Shown: positions 27,984-36,671 of the stretch, one piece after another
Layout of the letters: the number at the start of each line of letters is the position of its first letter
Position numbering within the stretch: the stretch's first letter is position 1
Source of the DNA: Candidatus Dormiibacterota bacterium
GTDB taxonomy: Bacteria; Chloroflexota; Dormibacteria; Aeolococcales; Aeolococcaceae
Reading direction: 5' to 3'
NCBI GenBank assembly: GCA_963718525.1
Contig: OY970355.1
Span: 3,232,001 to 3,296,000 of the forward strand
Length of the DNA: 64,000 bases
Notes under the pieces: generated by a model
What the model was told of the DNA's origin: nothing
The model's input: the letters and a program-made list of their open reading frames with translations, nothing else
The model's database searches: none
Made by a program: the position numbers and the translations under genes

Positions 27984-29324
27984 CTAGGCAAATGCAACCG
28001 GCGACCAACGCGCACCGGCGTCGGTGGTGCGCCAGAGGGCTGAGGCTTGCGTGACCTGGTTGTGGGTGATCACGTAGCCGACTTCGAAGTCGGTGAAGCC
28101 AACCCACACCGCCGCGTTCAACTCCGCGATCGATTGATACGTCCGGCCACCGTTGGCGGTCACGGAGAGCCCCGATCCAGGATCTGCGAGAAAGGCGTGT
28201 TGTGTCGACAGCGCCGCTACCGTGGCGCCGTTGCTGAACAAGCCTCCGATCCCCCCACCTGACGCCCAGGCCAACCCACCGTTGCTCGACACCATCGGCC
28301 CGCCAGAGTTTCCGGTGGCGCAGAAGGCCCAAATGACGGTGGTGGTGACCGGATCGAGGCTGCCGGCAAGATCCGGCTCGCACGCTGAGGCCCCGCGAAC
28401 CCACACCGCGCCGTCGTCGTGAGAGATCAGTTCGAGCCCGGTGCTGCGCATGAAGTACATCGCCCATATCGTGTCGCCGTGGACCCCGATCCTCGGCCAC
28501 CCAACGGGATTACCGGGGGGTGTAATCACCGACCAGGTATCACTTGTGGCGCGCGACCGCATGAGGCGATGAACGCAACCTGTGGCCGTGGAGGGATCGG
28601 TACAGATTTCGAAGACCCCGTATACGTACCCATTCGCCCCCGGCTCAAGCTGGTCGACACCGAGGAGGCTGCCGCCGAGGGTGATCTGATGCCATGCGGC
28701 GCCGCCCGAATGGGTCGCCCACAGTGTGTTGCCGAACACCCAGCCGTTGGAGAGGTCCGCGAAGCGGATATCGCTCACCAACGGTGGGCCAGGAGTCGAT
28801 ACGTTCCCTGCGAGAAAATCGGTGGGCGGCGCCGGAATCCGGTGGAAGGATCCCCCTCCGTCGACGGTGTGCATGATCTCGGAAACGCAACCCGATGCCG
28901 CGCATGCGTTGGTACCGAGCACCCAGAAGGTGCTTTCACTGACCGCGGTAAAGGCTTGGGGTTGAAAACCGCTCAAACCAACGGCTGTCGGCGAGGAAGT
29001 CGGCCCCCTCGTCGTCGGCGACGTGGCCGGCGACGTCAGGGCGACTGGTCCGGTGATGGATCTGGGTCCTGGGTGGAAGATCGCTTGAATGCTCAGAACA
29101 ACGACGGCAGCGATGGCGAGCGCTGCTCCGATTTCTGCCCACAGCGGCCGCCACCGCTGATGAGTCGGCCGGCCGCGCCTCGACCTCACCAGCGGAATCG
29201 ACGAACTGACCGAAGTCTCGGTTATCCCGCGGATGAGGCCGTCCTCCCATCCATCGGGCGGGATGGGTTGCTGGGCAACCAGCTTGCGAAGCAACTCGAT
29301 GAGCTCGTTGTCCGAGTCGATCAT
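27984..29324 (-). CDS. Putative anti-sigma factor with BNR/YCF48-like ectodomain (cassette 2)
   Basis: ATGA overlap with the sigma; MIDSDNELIELLRK N-domain, TM, S/T/P linker, TVDGGGSF, THSGGAAW, TTDAGARW repeats. Confidence 0.75.
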   Translation of the reverse strand: MIDSDNELIELLRKLVAQQPIPPDGWEDGLIRGITETSVSSSIPLVRSRRGRPTHQRWRPLWAEIGAALAIAAVVVLSIQAIFHPGPRSITGPVALTSPATSPTTRGPTSSPTAVGLSGFQPQAFTAVSESTFWVLGTNACAASGCVSEIMHTVDGGGSFHRIPAPPTDFLAGNVSTPGPPLVSDIRFADLSNGWVFGNTLWATHSGGAAWHQITLGGSLLGVDQLEPGANGYVYGVFEICTDPSTATGCVHRLMRSRATSDTWSVITPPGNPVGWPRIGVHGDTIWAMYFMRSTGLELISHDDGAVWVRGASACEPDLAGSLDPVTTTVIWAFCATGNSGGPMVSSNGGLAWASGGGIGGLFSNGATVAALSTQHAFLADPGSGLSVTANGGRTYQSIAELNAAVWVGFTDFEVGYVITHNQVTQASALWRTTDAGARWSPVAFA

Positions 29325-29821
29325 GGTGACACCGCGCGGCGCAGCGTCACCAGAGCCCGAGCAATGTGACTGCGCACCGTCCCCGGGCGATTGCCCAGTA
29401 GCTCGGCGCACTCGTCCAGGGTGTATCCGTAGAAGTAGTGGAGTGCGACGGCCGCGCGCTGTTGCCTGCTCAGCCGAGCGTAGGCGCGAGCAAGGTCGAG
29501 GTCTGTTGCTGGACGGACGTCCTGCCACGGCTCGCGATTCGCTGCGCTTTCCGCCAAGCGCATCTGGCGCAGCCTCGTTCGGCGGCGATTGAGGCATTGG
29601 TTGACGCAGACGCGCGTGAGCCAACTCGGCGTCGGGCTCGTGCCGGCGGCCCAGGGCCAACTGCGCCACGCGCTGATCAGGGTCTCTTGCACCGCGTCCT
29701 CCGCTTCGCTCGCGTCTTGCAGGATGGAGAAGGCGATCGAGTACAGTCGCCGCAACTCAACGCGGACGAGATCCTCCATCTCTGCCTCGATGGGTGCCCT
29801 TGGCGTGCCGGTCACATCCAC
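29321..29821 (-). CDS. ECF RNA polymerase sigma factor (cassette 2)
   Basis: EAEDAVQET, SWLTRVCVNQC, RLSRQQRAAVALHY, ECAELLGNRPGTVRSHIARAL; start GTG 29821 or ATG 29779. Confidence 0.92.
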   Translation of the reverse strand: MDVTGTPRAPIEAEMEDLVRVELRRLYSIAFSILQDASEAEDAVQETLISAWRSWPWAAGTSPTPSWLTRVCVNQCLNRRRTRLRQMRLAESAANREPWQDVRPATDLDLARAYARLSRQQRAAVALHYFYGYTLDECAELLGNRPGTVRSHIARALVTLRRAVSP

Positions 29822-29885
29822 CAGTACGTTAAACACCGGCAGAAGCCAATCGGTTTACAGGCAAGTCGCGCCAAGGAAGCTGCAC

Positions 29886-30464
29886 ATGGGCAAATCGGAC
29901 CAGCCGAGTCGATCCAAGCTCATGGCGTGGCTGGCAGCCTTTGTCGTCGTGTTCGGCACTGTGTCTTGGCTTATCACCATGGACGTCGGCTTCCACGGCG
30001 TACCGCCCACCCACCCCCCAACCGCCCCATTGGGAGCCCCACCAACACCGTGGGATTGCACGTCCAACCAGTTGGAGGTGGATGGAATCTACAACGAATG
30101 TGCCACGCCGACTTCCGGTAAGCCTTCAAGATGCGACGTGTACGGCCAAATGCTCGACGAGGTGCTCCGGTTTGCCGGCGACAACCAGGCATTCGCGCTC
30201 GAAATCCAAATTGACGGCACCTACGCTGGTCCCGGAAAGTATGACTTGCCACCGTGGCCCCGTCCGCTGGGTGCGACGCCCGATGTGCCAAAGGTAGCCA
30301 TGTTTGCGATCGGCGTGTTTTGGCAGTCGGTCTCGGGCGTCGTAACCGTTACACGCGGCGACGGGCGGGCGGGAACCGTGAATGCCATCCTCCAGACCTC
30401 CAATGGCACCACCGTCGTGCCGGGTCCAACGATCAAGGTCATTGGGGCATGGAGTTGCTCGTGA
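29886..30464 (+). CDS. Membrane-anchored hypothetical protein
   Basis: AAGGA RBS, N-terminal TM, Pro linker, Cys-containing beta-rich domain ending GAWSCS. Confidence 0.6.
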   Translation: MGKSDQPSRSKLMAWLAAFVVVFGTVSWLITMDVGFHGVPPTHPPTAPLGAPPTPWDCTSNQLEVDGIYNECATPTSGKPSRCDVYGQMLDEVLRFAGDNQAFALEIQIDGTYAGPGKYDLPPWPRPLGATPDVPKVAMFAIGVFWQSVSGVVTVTRGDGRAGTVNAILQTSNGTTVVPGPTIKVIGAWSCS

Positions 30465-30556
30465 CGGACGCACTGCGCCGACCCTCTCGCGTGTGATGCG
30501 CGTTCAGGCTGCGATCTCACGAGACGTAGTTCACGCGACTTGCACAGGAAACGCCG

Positions 30557-31018
30557 CTACAAGGTCTTCTCCATGAAGATGACCGTCTGCCCATAGAACT
30601 CGCCGCCGCCGGTCGAAACATAACCGCGGCTCGTGTACAGCGAACGGGCCCCGACCTGCTGCTCCGTCGTGTCGAGCAGCAGCGTCTGGAAGCCGAGATC
30701 GCGTGCGCGCTGCTCCAAGGCGTCGAGCATGGCTCGGCCGCGTCCGTGGCGCTGCCAATCGGGATGAACACGCATGCGTTTCAGTTCGGCGCTCCTGGTC
30801 CCTTGGGGTCGCAATCCTCCCATCGCCACTATCCGTCCGTCGACGTCGTCGACGAGAAAATCGCCGCCGGGCTCGATGTAGGCCGCGGCGACGTCATCAA
30901 GGTCTCGGTCGAGCGCTTCACCATCAGGCCCATCGATCAGAGCACCCACCCTGCGGAGAGCGAGCGCGTGAAGGGCTCGAACCTGGTCCGTATCAGAGCT
31001 GCGAAAGGGTCGGATCAA
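30557..31018 (-). CDS. GNAT-family N-acetyltransferase
   Basis: AELKRMRVHPDWQRHGRGRAML, LLLDTT, ARSLYTSRGY; start uncertain (TTG 31018). Confidence 0.88.
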   Translation of the reverse strand: MIRPFRSSDTDQVRALHALALRRVGALIDGPDGEALDRDLDDVAAAYIEPGGDFLVDDVDGRIVAMGGLRPQGTRSAELKRMRVHPDWQRHGRGRAMLDALEQRARDLGFQTLLLDTTEQQVGARSLYTSRGYVSTGGGEFYGQTVIFMEKTL

Positions 31019-31153
31019 CGAACGTAACGTAGCGCAAGGCAGACTTCTACGAGCAGTCGGTGGCAGCGCGGAGCCTGGCCGACCACTGAGCCGCATTCCC
31101 CGGATCCTCCAACAAGAACATTCCCAGCTCGATTGACTCCGATCACTCAGTTC

Positions 31154-31167
31154 TCTAGAGTACTAGA
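31154..31167. promoter_or_regulatory. Palindromic operator of the GntR(YtrA)-ABC operon
   Basis: TCTAG-AGTA-CTAGA directly upstream of the ATG at 31171. Confidence 0.55.
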
Positions 31168-31170
31168 TAT

Positions 31171-31566
31171 ATGATTGACTTTCGGATCGATGGTGCGTCC
31201 GGCCTCACCACATACGGGCAGATCGTTCAACAGGTCCGGCAGGCCGTGCGGCTCGGCCGCCTGCTTCCCGGGGATCAACTGCCGACCATCAAGGACGTCG
31301 TCGCCAAGCTGGCCATCAATCCGAATACCGTCTTGAAGGCATATCGAGAGCTGGAGGTTCTCGGACTCGTCGACAGCCGGCAAGGCCAGGGCACGTTCAT
31401 TCGCTCGTCGGCCGCTGCGATTCCCAAGGTAACGCAGGCCAATCTCGAGCGAAGTTTCCTTCGCTGGCTCCGTTCCGCTCACGCAGCTGGGCTCGACGTC
31501 GAAAGCATCAAGGCGATCATTGAGGTGACGCTCAACGAGGACGAACGTAACGTTGGGGCTGCATGA
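31171..31566 (+). CDS. GntR-family (YtrA subfamily) regulator
   Basis: YGQIVQQVR, GDQLPT, LAINPNTVLKAYRELE, GQGTFI; short C-terminus. Confidence 0.92.
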   Translation: MIDFRIDGASGLTTYGQIVQQVRQAVRLGRLLPGDQLPTIKDVVAKLAINPNTVLKAYRELEVLGLVDSRQGQGTFIRSSAAAIPKVTQANLERSFLRWLRSAHAAGLDVESIKAIIEVTLNEDERNVGAA

Positions 31567-32426
31567 ACGTCGCCATCGAAGCGACGTGTGTCAGCAAGCG
31601 GTATCGCTCGGCATGGGCCCTGCGTGATTGCTCGCTGAAGATTCCAGCCGGAAGAGTCGTTGCGCTGGTTGGGCCGAACGGTGCCGGGAAAACCACCCTC
31701 CTCCATTTGGCGATGGGTCTTCTGCCACCGACAAGCGGGAGCATCAGCGTGTTCGGGTGGTCGCCCCAGCATCAACCAATGTTGTTACTCCCCCGCGTCG
31801 GGTTCATCGCTCAGGAGCGGCCACTCTATCGACGACTGCGCGCACGCGAGCTCCTGGAGTTCGGCCGGCGTCTCAATCCGCGATGGGACGGCGCCCGAGC
31901 GCAATCGCGGATCGCTCGGTTCGACGTCGACCCGAACCAACGGATCGGCAAGCTCTCTGGCGGCCAGCAGGCTGAGGTGGCGCTGGCGCTGACGCTCTCC
32001 AAGCGGCCCGATTTGCTGCTGCTCGATGAGCCGTTGTCGAGTTTGGATCCGCTCGCACGGCGCGAGTTCCTGCAGGTGTTGATGGAGGCGGTCACGGAGG
32101 AAGGAACCAGCGTCGTGCTCTCGTCGCACATCCTCGGCGAGCTCGAGCGTACCTGCGATTACCTCGTCATCCTCTGCCAGGGACGCGTGCAGGTTGCGGG
32201 TGACATCGATTCACTGCTCGCCGGCCACCGCATTCTTGTGGGTCCGAGAGCCTCAGCCGACGACGTGGCGCGTGACCCCACGGTCGTACAGGCGAGCCAC
32301 GCACCCCAACAAACCACGTTGCTGGTTCGCACCAACGGAAGTAGCCCAGATCCGCAATGGGAGCAACACGAGGTAAGCCTCGAGGAGCTTGCGCTCGCGT
32401 ACCTGGGTCGCCCTCCGTCGGGATGA
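31563..32426 (+). CDS. ABC transporter ATP-binding protein
   Basis: GPNGAGKTT, LSGGQ, LLLLDEP, SSH. Confidence 0.93.
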   Translation: MNVAIEATCVSKRYRSAWALRDCSLKIPAGRVVALVGPNGAGKTTLLHLAMGLLPPTSGSISVFGWSPQHQPMLLLPRVGFIAQERPLYRRLRARELLEFGRRLNPRWDGARAQSRIARFDVDPNQRIGKLSGGQQAEVALALTLSKRPDLLLLDEPLSSLDPLARREFLQVLMEAVTEEGTSVVLSSHILGELERTCDYLVILCQGRVQVAGDIDSLLAGHRILVGPRASADDVARDPTVVQASHAPQQTTLLVRTNGSSPDPQWEQHEVSLEELALAYLGRPPSG

Positions 32427-32460
32427 TCGCCGATCCCCTCGGATCTGCGCGGACTCACCA

Positions 32461-33328
32461 TTGATCTGGGTTACCTGGGTACAGCATCGACGCGAGGCGT
32501 TGGCCGTCGCCGTTGTTCTTACCGGGACGGCAGCCGCCATCCTCATCGATGCCCGCTGGATTGGAGTCCAGGATGCCCATCGTGAGATTGAGGCGATCTC
32601 GGCACTTCTGACGGCGTTGCCAGCCTTGCTCGGCATGTTCATCGCGGCCCCGCTGATCAGTGGGGAATTCGAACGTGGCACCATCCTGCTGGCCTGGACT
32701 CAAAGCGTTTCGAGACTGCGATGGGCGACCATGAAACTTGCCCTTTGCCTAGCGGCAGTTGTCGTTGCCAGCGCCGCGCTCTCTGCGTTGGTGGCATGGT
32801 GGCGCGCGCCGATCGATCCTCTCTCCAGTGGGCTCTGGCCCGGATTCGACATCGAGGGCATCGTCCCCGTTGCATATACAGTCTTTGCTTTCGCGGTCGG
32901 CATCGCTTCCGGCCTGGTACTGCGGCGTACCGTTCCGGCGATGGCGCTGACGCTCGCGATATTCACGGGGGCGCGGGTGATCGTCGAGTTCGAATCGAAC
33001 GCGCTTTCAGCGCTTGGTGATCGGATCACCGAGGGGGCTGCCGCGCGGATCGTGGGTTCCGGGTAGCACGTACTGGGCGGACGCCCACGGCCATGTCCTC
33101 AATCTGGCGCAGGTGAACGCGGTCATGAGTGGGTATCACGGGCCATCAAACGGTAGTGGGGCTGACGTCTTCACGTATATGCACCAGCACGGCGTGGACC
33201 TCCTCGTGCCGTACTTCCCCGCCGATTCCTTTTGGAGCTTTCAACTCATCGAGGCGGGGATTTTCCTTGCGGCGGCTCTGGCGTTGACGGGCGCCGCGCT
33301 CTGGTGGCTCAAACGCAGCGCAGTTTAG
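32461..33328 (+). CDS. ABC-2-type transporter permease; +1 frameshift near 32995
   Basis: GMFIAAPLISGEFERGT..LAWTQSVSR.RW in the first frame; Y.PADSFWSFQLIEAGIF C-terminus in the +1 frame (33014-33328). Confidence 0.8.
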
Positions 33329-33372
33329 TCATGGCATCTCCGGCAGGCGTACCGTGAGTGGCGGAGGCGACA

Positions 33373-33804
33373 ATGATTTGGCGAAGGAACGCAGTTGCGG
33401 CTCTCGTGGCATCGGTTGCCGCGGCCGCCACCGACGGCGTTTACCTCGCCGTGATCCGATCGCAGGATGCAACCCCCCCTCATCCCACGGTCGTGCCCTT
33501 CCTGATGGTGTATATCGCTGCGGTAGCCGTGGCCGGCGCAGCCAGTGTCGTGTTGATCCTGCAAGACCACCGGGGGACTGCGAAGACGCTTCTGGTGGCT
33601 GCGGCCGCGGGCAGTGCCGCCCTCGGGTTCCTCGCTATCTTCAGCATCGGTCTAGCCCTCGTGATCACAGCCGGCCTGTTTGGGATGGCCGCGTTCGGGG
33701 TCGCCCCGACGGCCCCTCGGCTGCCTCAGTTCGTGGCTGCGCTGGGTGCGATTGGCCTCCTGATCGCCGGATTAACGGTCACAGGCGTCTTCTGGGGCTC
33801 GTAA
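33373..33804 (+). CDS. Small integral membrane hypothetical protein
   Basis: GGAGG RBS; 4-5 TMs; LGFLAIFSIGLAL. Confidence 0.65.
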   Translation: MIWRRNAVAALVASVAAAATDGVYLAVIRSQDATPPHPTVVPFLMVYIAAVAVAGAASVVLILQDHRGTAKTLLVAAAAGSAALGFLAIFSIGLALVITAGLFGMAAFGVAPTAPRLPQFVAALGAIGLLIAGLTVTGVFWGS

Positions 33805-33875
33805 GACCGCTGCTTGACCAGGAGGGCGGAAAGCAACAACTGTGTCAAGTTCAGGACGCGGCGCGTCTCATCAGC

Positions 33876-34036
33876 ATGCGAACTGCCTCAATAGCAGGCG
33901 TCATGCCTGACTATGGGTACCGCCCCGCCCAGCCAGACGTCGATCGCGAGGATCGGGGTCAGCGGTGCTGGCGCGAACCGCACGCGCAGTGAACAGGTTT
34001 CGAGCGCTGATGGCTCAATCGGAGGCCGCGGAGTAG
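33876..34036 (+). pseudogene. Probable internally deleted ECF sigma factor remnant (cassette 3)
   Basis: ECF-like promoter TGTCAA...CGTCTC (33843-33869), ATG 33876, and sigma-4-like fragments IARIGVSGAGA and RAVNRFRALMAQSEAAE* abutting the anti-sigma-like GTG. Confidence 0.4.
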
Positions 34037-35347
34037 GTGGAAGACGAAGAAATCCGGGGCCTGCTCCATGCGACCTACACGGCGGACCGCTTGGATCCGA
34101 CGCTGGTGCGCGGCGCACTCGAGCAGCACCCCCGGCGGCCGCGCCGGCGCCTGACCACCACTCTGATCGCCGCCGCGGCGGCGATCGTTGTCGCGGTTCC
34201 CATCAGCGCCGGCCTGCTGCTTCGCGCCGGCGTCATCGGCGGCTCTTCCGAACCGACGATGTCCGCCCTCGACCTGAAGATGTTCAGCGCGACCGACGGC
34301 TGGGCGTGGTCCGGCGGGAAGGACATCCTGCACACAGCCTCCGGTGTGGAGCACTGGACGGTCGTGCCGCCGCCGATCGGCCCCAAGGCCATCGTCGAAG
34401 TCGCATGGGTCAATGCCGAGTCCGCGCGGCTACTCGCGACATCGACCGGCGCGCTCAACTACGTCGAGCAGAACTCCTCGTTGACACCTTGGATGACCGA
34501 CGACGGCGGTGCGACGTGGACGTCGGGACAGCCCTTCACCGTGCTCCTCGAAACCGGCCAGGATCCGATGACGCAGTCGAATCTCGACTTCGTGGATCCG
34601 CTGCACGGATGGTTCTTCGATGCTCAGGATGGTGCTGTTGGCGCGCCAATGTGGATCTTCCGCACGGTCGACGGGGGGGTCCGGTGGTCGCAGGTGGAGA
34701 TGACATCCGCAACGGGAACTGCGCCTCGAGGTGCTCTCCGGGTTGGCTGCAGCGTCTATGGGAGTACGTTCCTGAACATCAGCACGGGATGGGTCGCAGG
34801 GCAGTGCAGCGGCCTGGCCACGCTGTTCGACGTCACGCACGATGGTGGTGTCACGTGGGCGCCGCAGGCGATCGACTGCATCCAATGCTTGTTCTACCGT
34901 CCGCAGTTCACCTCGTCGCGCGACGGTCAGATGTTCGGCGAGAACGGTGTCGGCATCCTCTTTGTCACCAGTGACGGTGGTCGGACCTGGACGCGTCGCA
35001 CTGAACCGACCGGCAACACACCCGATTTCGCCGACGCCAGTCACGGATTCACTCTGGGCCTCACGGGCAATGACAATCCGTCGACGGTTCTCTGGCTGAC
35101 GGCTGACGGCGGAGCCACATGGGGTCAAGCGACTAACGGCGCCATTCACGGTGCTGGACCCGCGGAGACCGCGCAGCTCGATTTCATCACTCCCCGGGTC
35201 GGCTGGGCGGTTTCCGTCTGGTTCGGGAACCAAGGGCTCCTGACAAACGGTCAGACGCCCTATCCGACGCCACCGCCGACGCTGTGGCAGACCACCGACG
35301 CAGGATCGACGTGGACTCTGGTGACGCCGACGTTCACGTCGCGGTGA
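34037..35347 (+). CDS. Putative anti-sigma factor with BNR/YCF48-like ectodomain (cassette 3)
   Basis: MEDEEIRGLLHATY N-domain, RRPRRR-TM, repeated T.DGG.TW; clear paralog of 25217-26542. Confidence 0.75.
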   Translation: MEDEEIRGLLHATYTADRLDPTLVRGALEQHPRRPRRRLTTTLIAAAAAIVVAVPISAGLLLRAGVIGGSSEPTMSALDLKMFSATDGWAWSGGKDILHTASGVEHWTVVPPPIGPKAIVEVAWVNAESARLLATSTGALNYVEQNSSLTPWMTDDGGATWTSGQPFTVLLETGQDPMTQSNLDFVDPLHGWFFDAQDGAVGAPMWIFRTVDGGVRWSQVEMTSATGTAPRGALRVGCSVYGSTFLNISTGWVAGQCSGLATLFDVTHDGGVTWAPQAIDCIQCLFYRPQFTSSRDGQMFGENGVGILFVTSDGGRTWTRRTEPTGNTPDFADASHGFTLGLTGNDNPSTVLWLTADGGATWGQATNGAIHGAGPAETAQLDFITPRVGWAVSVWFGNQGLLTNGQTPYPTPPPTLWQTTDAGSTWTLVTPTFTSR

Positions 35348-35540
35348 CGTAGGCGGAGCGCGCGGAATCGAGCTGGGGTCGGGAGCGACCTACATGGCGC
35401 GGGGTCTGGCGCCTGCGAGCAGGTCGCTGGTGCAGGGTCGCGACCCTATACTCCATGCCAGGTAAGGAGCGGAATGAAGGCGCGATCTCCGGGGAATGAC
35501 GCGACTTCCAGCGCTCGAGTTCCGCGATAGGGAGTGACAT

Positions 35541-36392
35541 ATGGATAGCGCAAATGACTCGGAGCGCCGCACCCTGGAAGAGTTGTGCGCGCGCCTGCTG
35601 CGCCACCCGCATCCGGATGGTCCGACCAGCGTTGAGCTATTCGTCCACCAACTTCCTGCATCGATTGCGGCTGACATTCCGATATCACCCGATTGGCGGG
35701 TCCTGGGGAGCGCGCTCTATTCGCGAAGTGGCCGACCAACTCTGATGGAGGCCGTCATCGACACACCGAGTTCGTTTGCCGAGTTGGTGGCGCCTTTCCA
35801 GAGTGCTCTGCGCGAAACCGGATGGACAATCGTCGAGCCCGCCTTTCCAATGCATGGAGGCTTCGTCTCCGCCGACATGGGAGAGGGCCGAGCATTTCGC
35901 CGAGAAGGGCACGGTCCCGTTCTATCGATCCACGGGGTCAGTCGCGAAGGCATGATGACCGATGTGCGAATGCGGTTGGATTGGGATGCCGCCGCGTATG
36001 TGTCGAGACCCCCGCATGTGCGCCCTGACGGAGCGGAGCGACTCCCGTCGCTGAGCGCACCGAACGGCGCTCGTCTGCGGAGGCAACACGGTGGAGGGGG
36101 AAGCGGGCACTGGACTTCCGAATCGACCATCGAGACCGATTGGTCGGTTGGCGCGACGGAGACTCACTTCGCCGAACAGCTTGCCCGGGCAGGTTGGATC
36201 CGAGTTGGCGGCAGCGTGGACGACACCGTCGGCTGGAGTTCCTGGCAGCTGCCGGGCGATGGACGTTGGCGCGGATTGCTCCTCGTACTCGCCGCGTTTG
36301 GCCCGGGCGAGCAATCGTTGACGCTGCGTGTGGAACAGAACGAACCCGCAGAGGAAGATTGGAGCTCTTACTCGGTCAGCCAATCCAATTAG
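35541..36392 (+). CDS. Hypothetical protein (283 aa)
   Basis: GGGAG RBS; coherent ORF with HGGFV and HFAEQLARAGW; no family recognised. Confidence 0.65.
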   Translation: MDSANDSERRTLEELCARLLRHPHPDGPTSVELFVHQLPASIAADIPISPDWRVLGSALYSRSGRPTLMEAVIDTPSSFAELVAPFQSALRETGWTIVEPAFPMHGGFVSADMGEGRAFRREGHGPVLSIHGVSREGMMTDVRMRLDWDAAAYVSRPPHVRPDGAERLPSLSAPNGARLRRQHGGGGSGHWTSESTIETDWSVGATETHFAEQLARAGWIRVGGSVDDTVGWSSWQLPGDGRWRGLLLVLAAFGPGEQSLTLRVEQNEPAEEDWSSYSVSQSN

Positions 36393-36502
36393 GCACAGTG
36401 ACTTGTGGTGATGCTCCCACCGGTTAGCTATTGCGAAGAGCCGGCACGAAATCGTCGTTGACGCTGCCGAGGCTTGTCCGATCGTCGGCTACTGAGCGAC
36501 GC

Positions 36503-36574
36503 AGCCGATGGGGAGATTCGAACTCCCGACCAACCGCTTACAAGGCGGTTGCTCTACCCCTGAGCTACATCGGC
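36503..36574 (-). tRNA. tRNA-Thr(TGT)
   Basis: GCCGATGTAGCTCAGGGGTAGAGCAACCGCCTTGTAAGCGGTTGGTCGGGAGTTCGAATCTCCCCATCGGCT; anticodon TGT; CCA not encoded. Confidence 0.95.
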
Positions 36575-36671
36575 TCGGCCACCCGATTCTCCCATGGCGC
36601 TCAGGAGCCAAGACCCCGCCCGTACGGCTTGCCCCGAATGGGGCACCTGCGGTAATCTCGGCAAGGGTCCA

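Larger units (their letters stand above)
23004..36574. mobile_element. Putative tRNA-Thr-anchored genomic island with no integrase retained
   Basis: Bounded by intact tRNA-Thr(TGT) and its displaced 3' repeat; cargo is accessory ECF/anti-sigma, lipoprotein and ABC genes. Confidence 0.6.
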
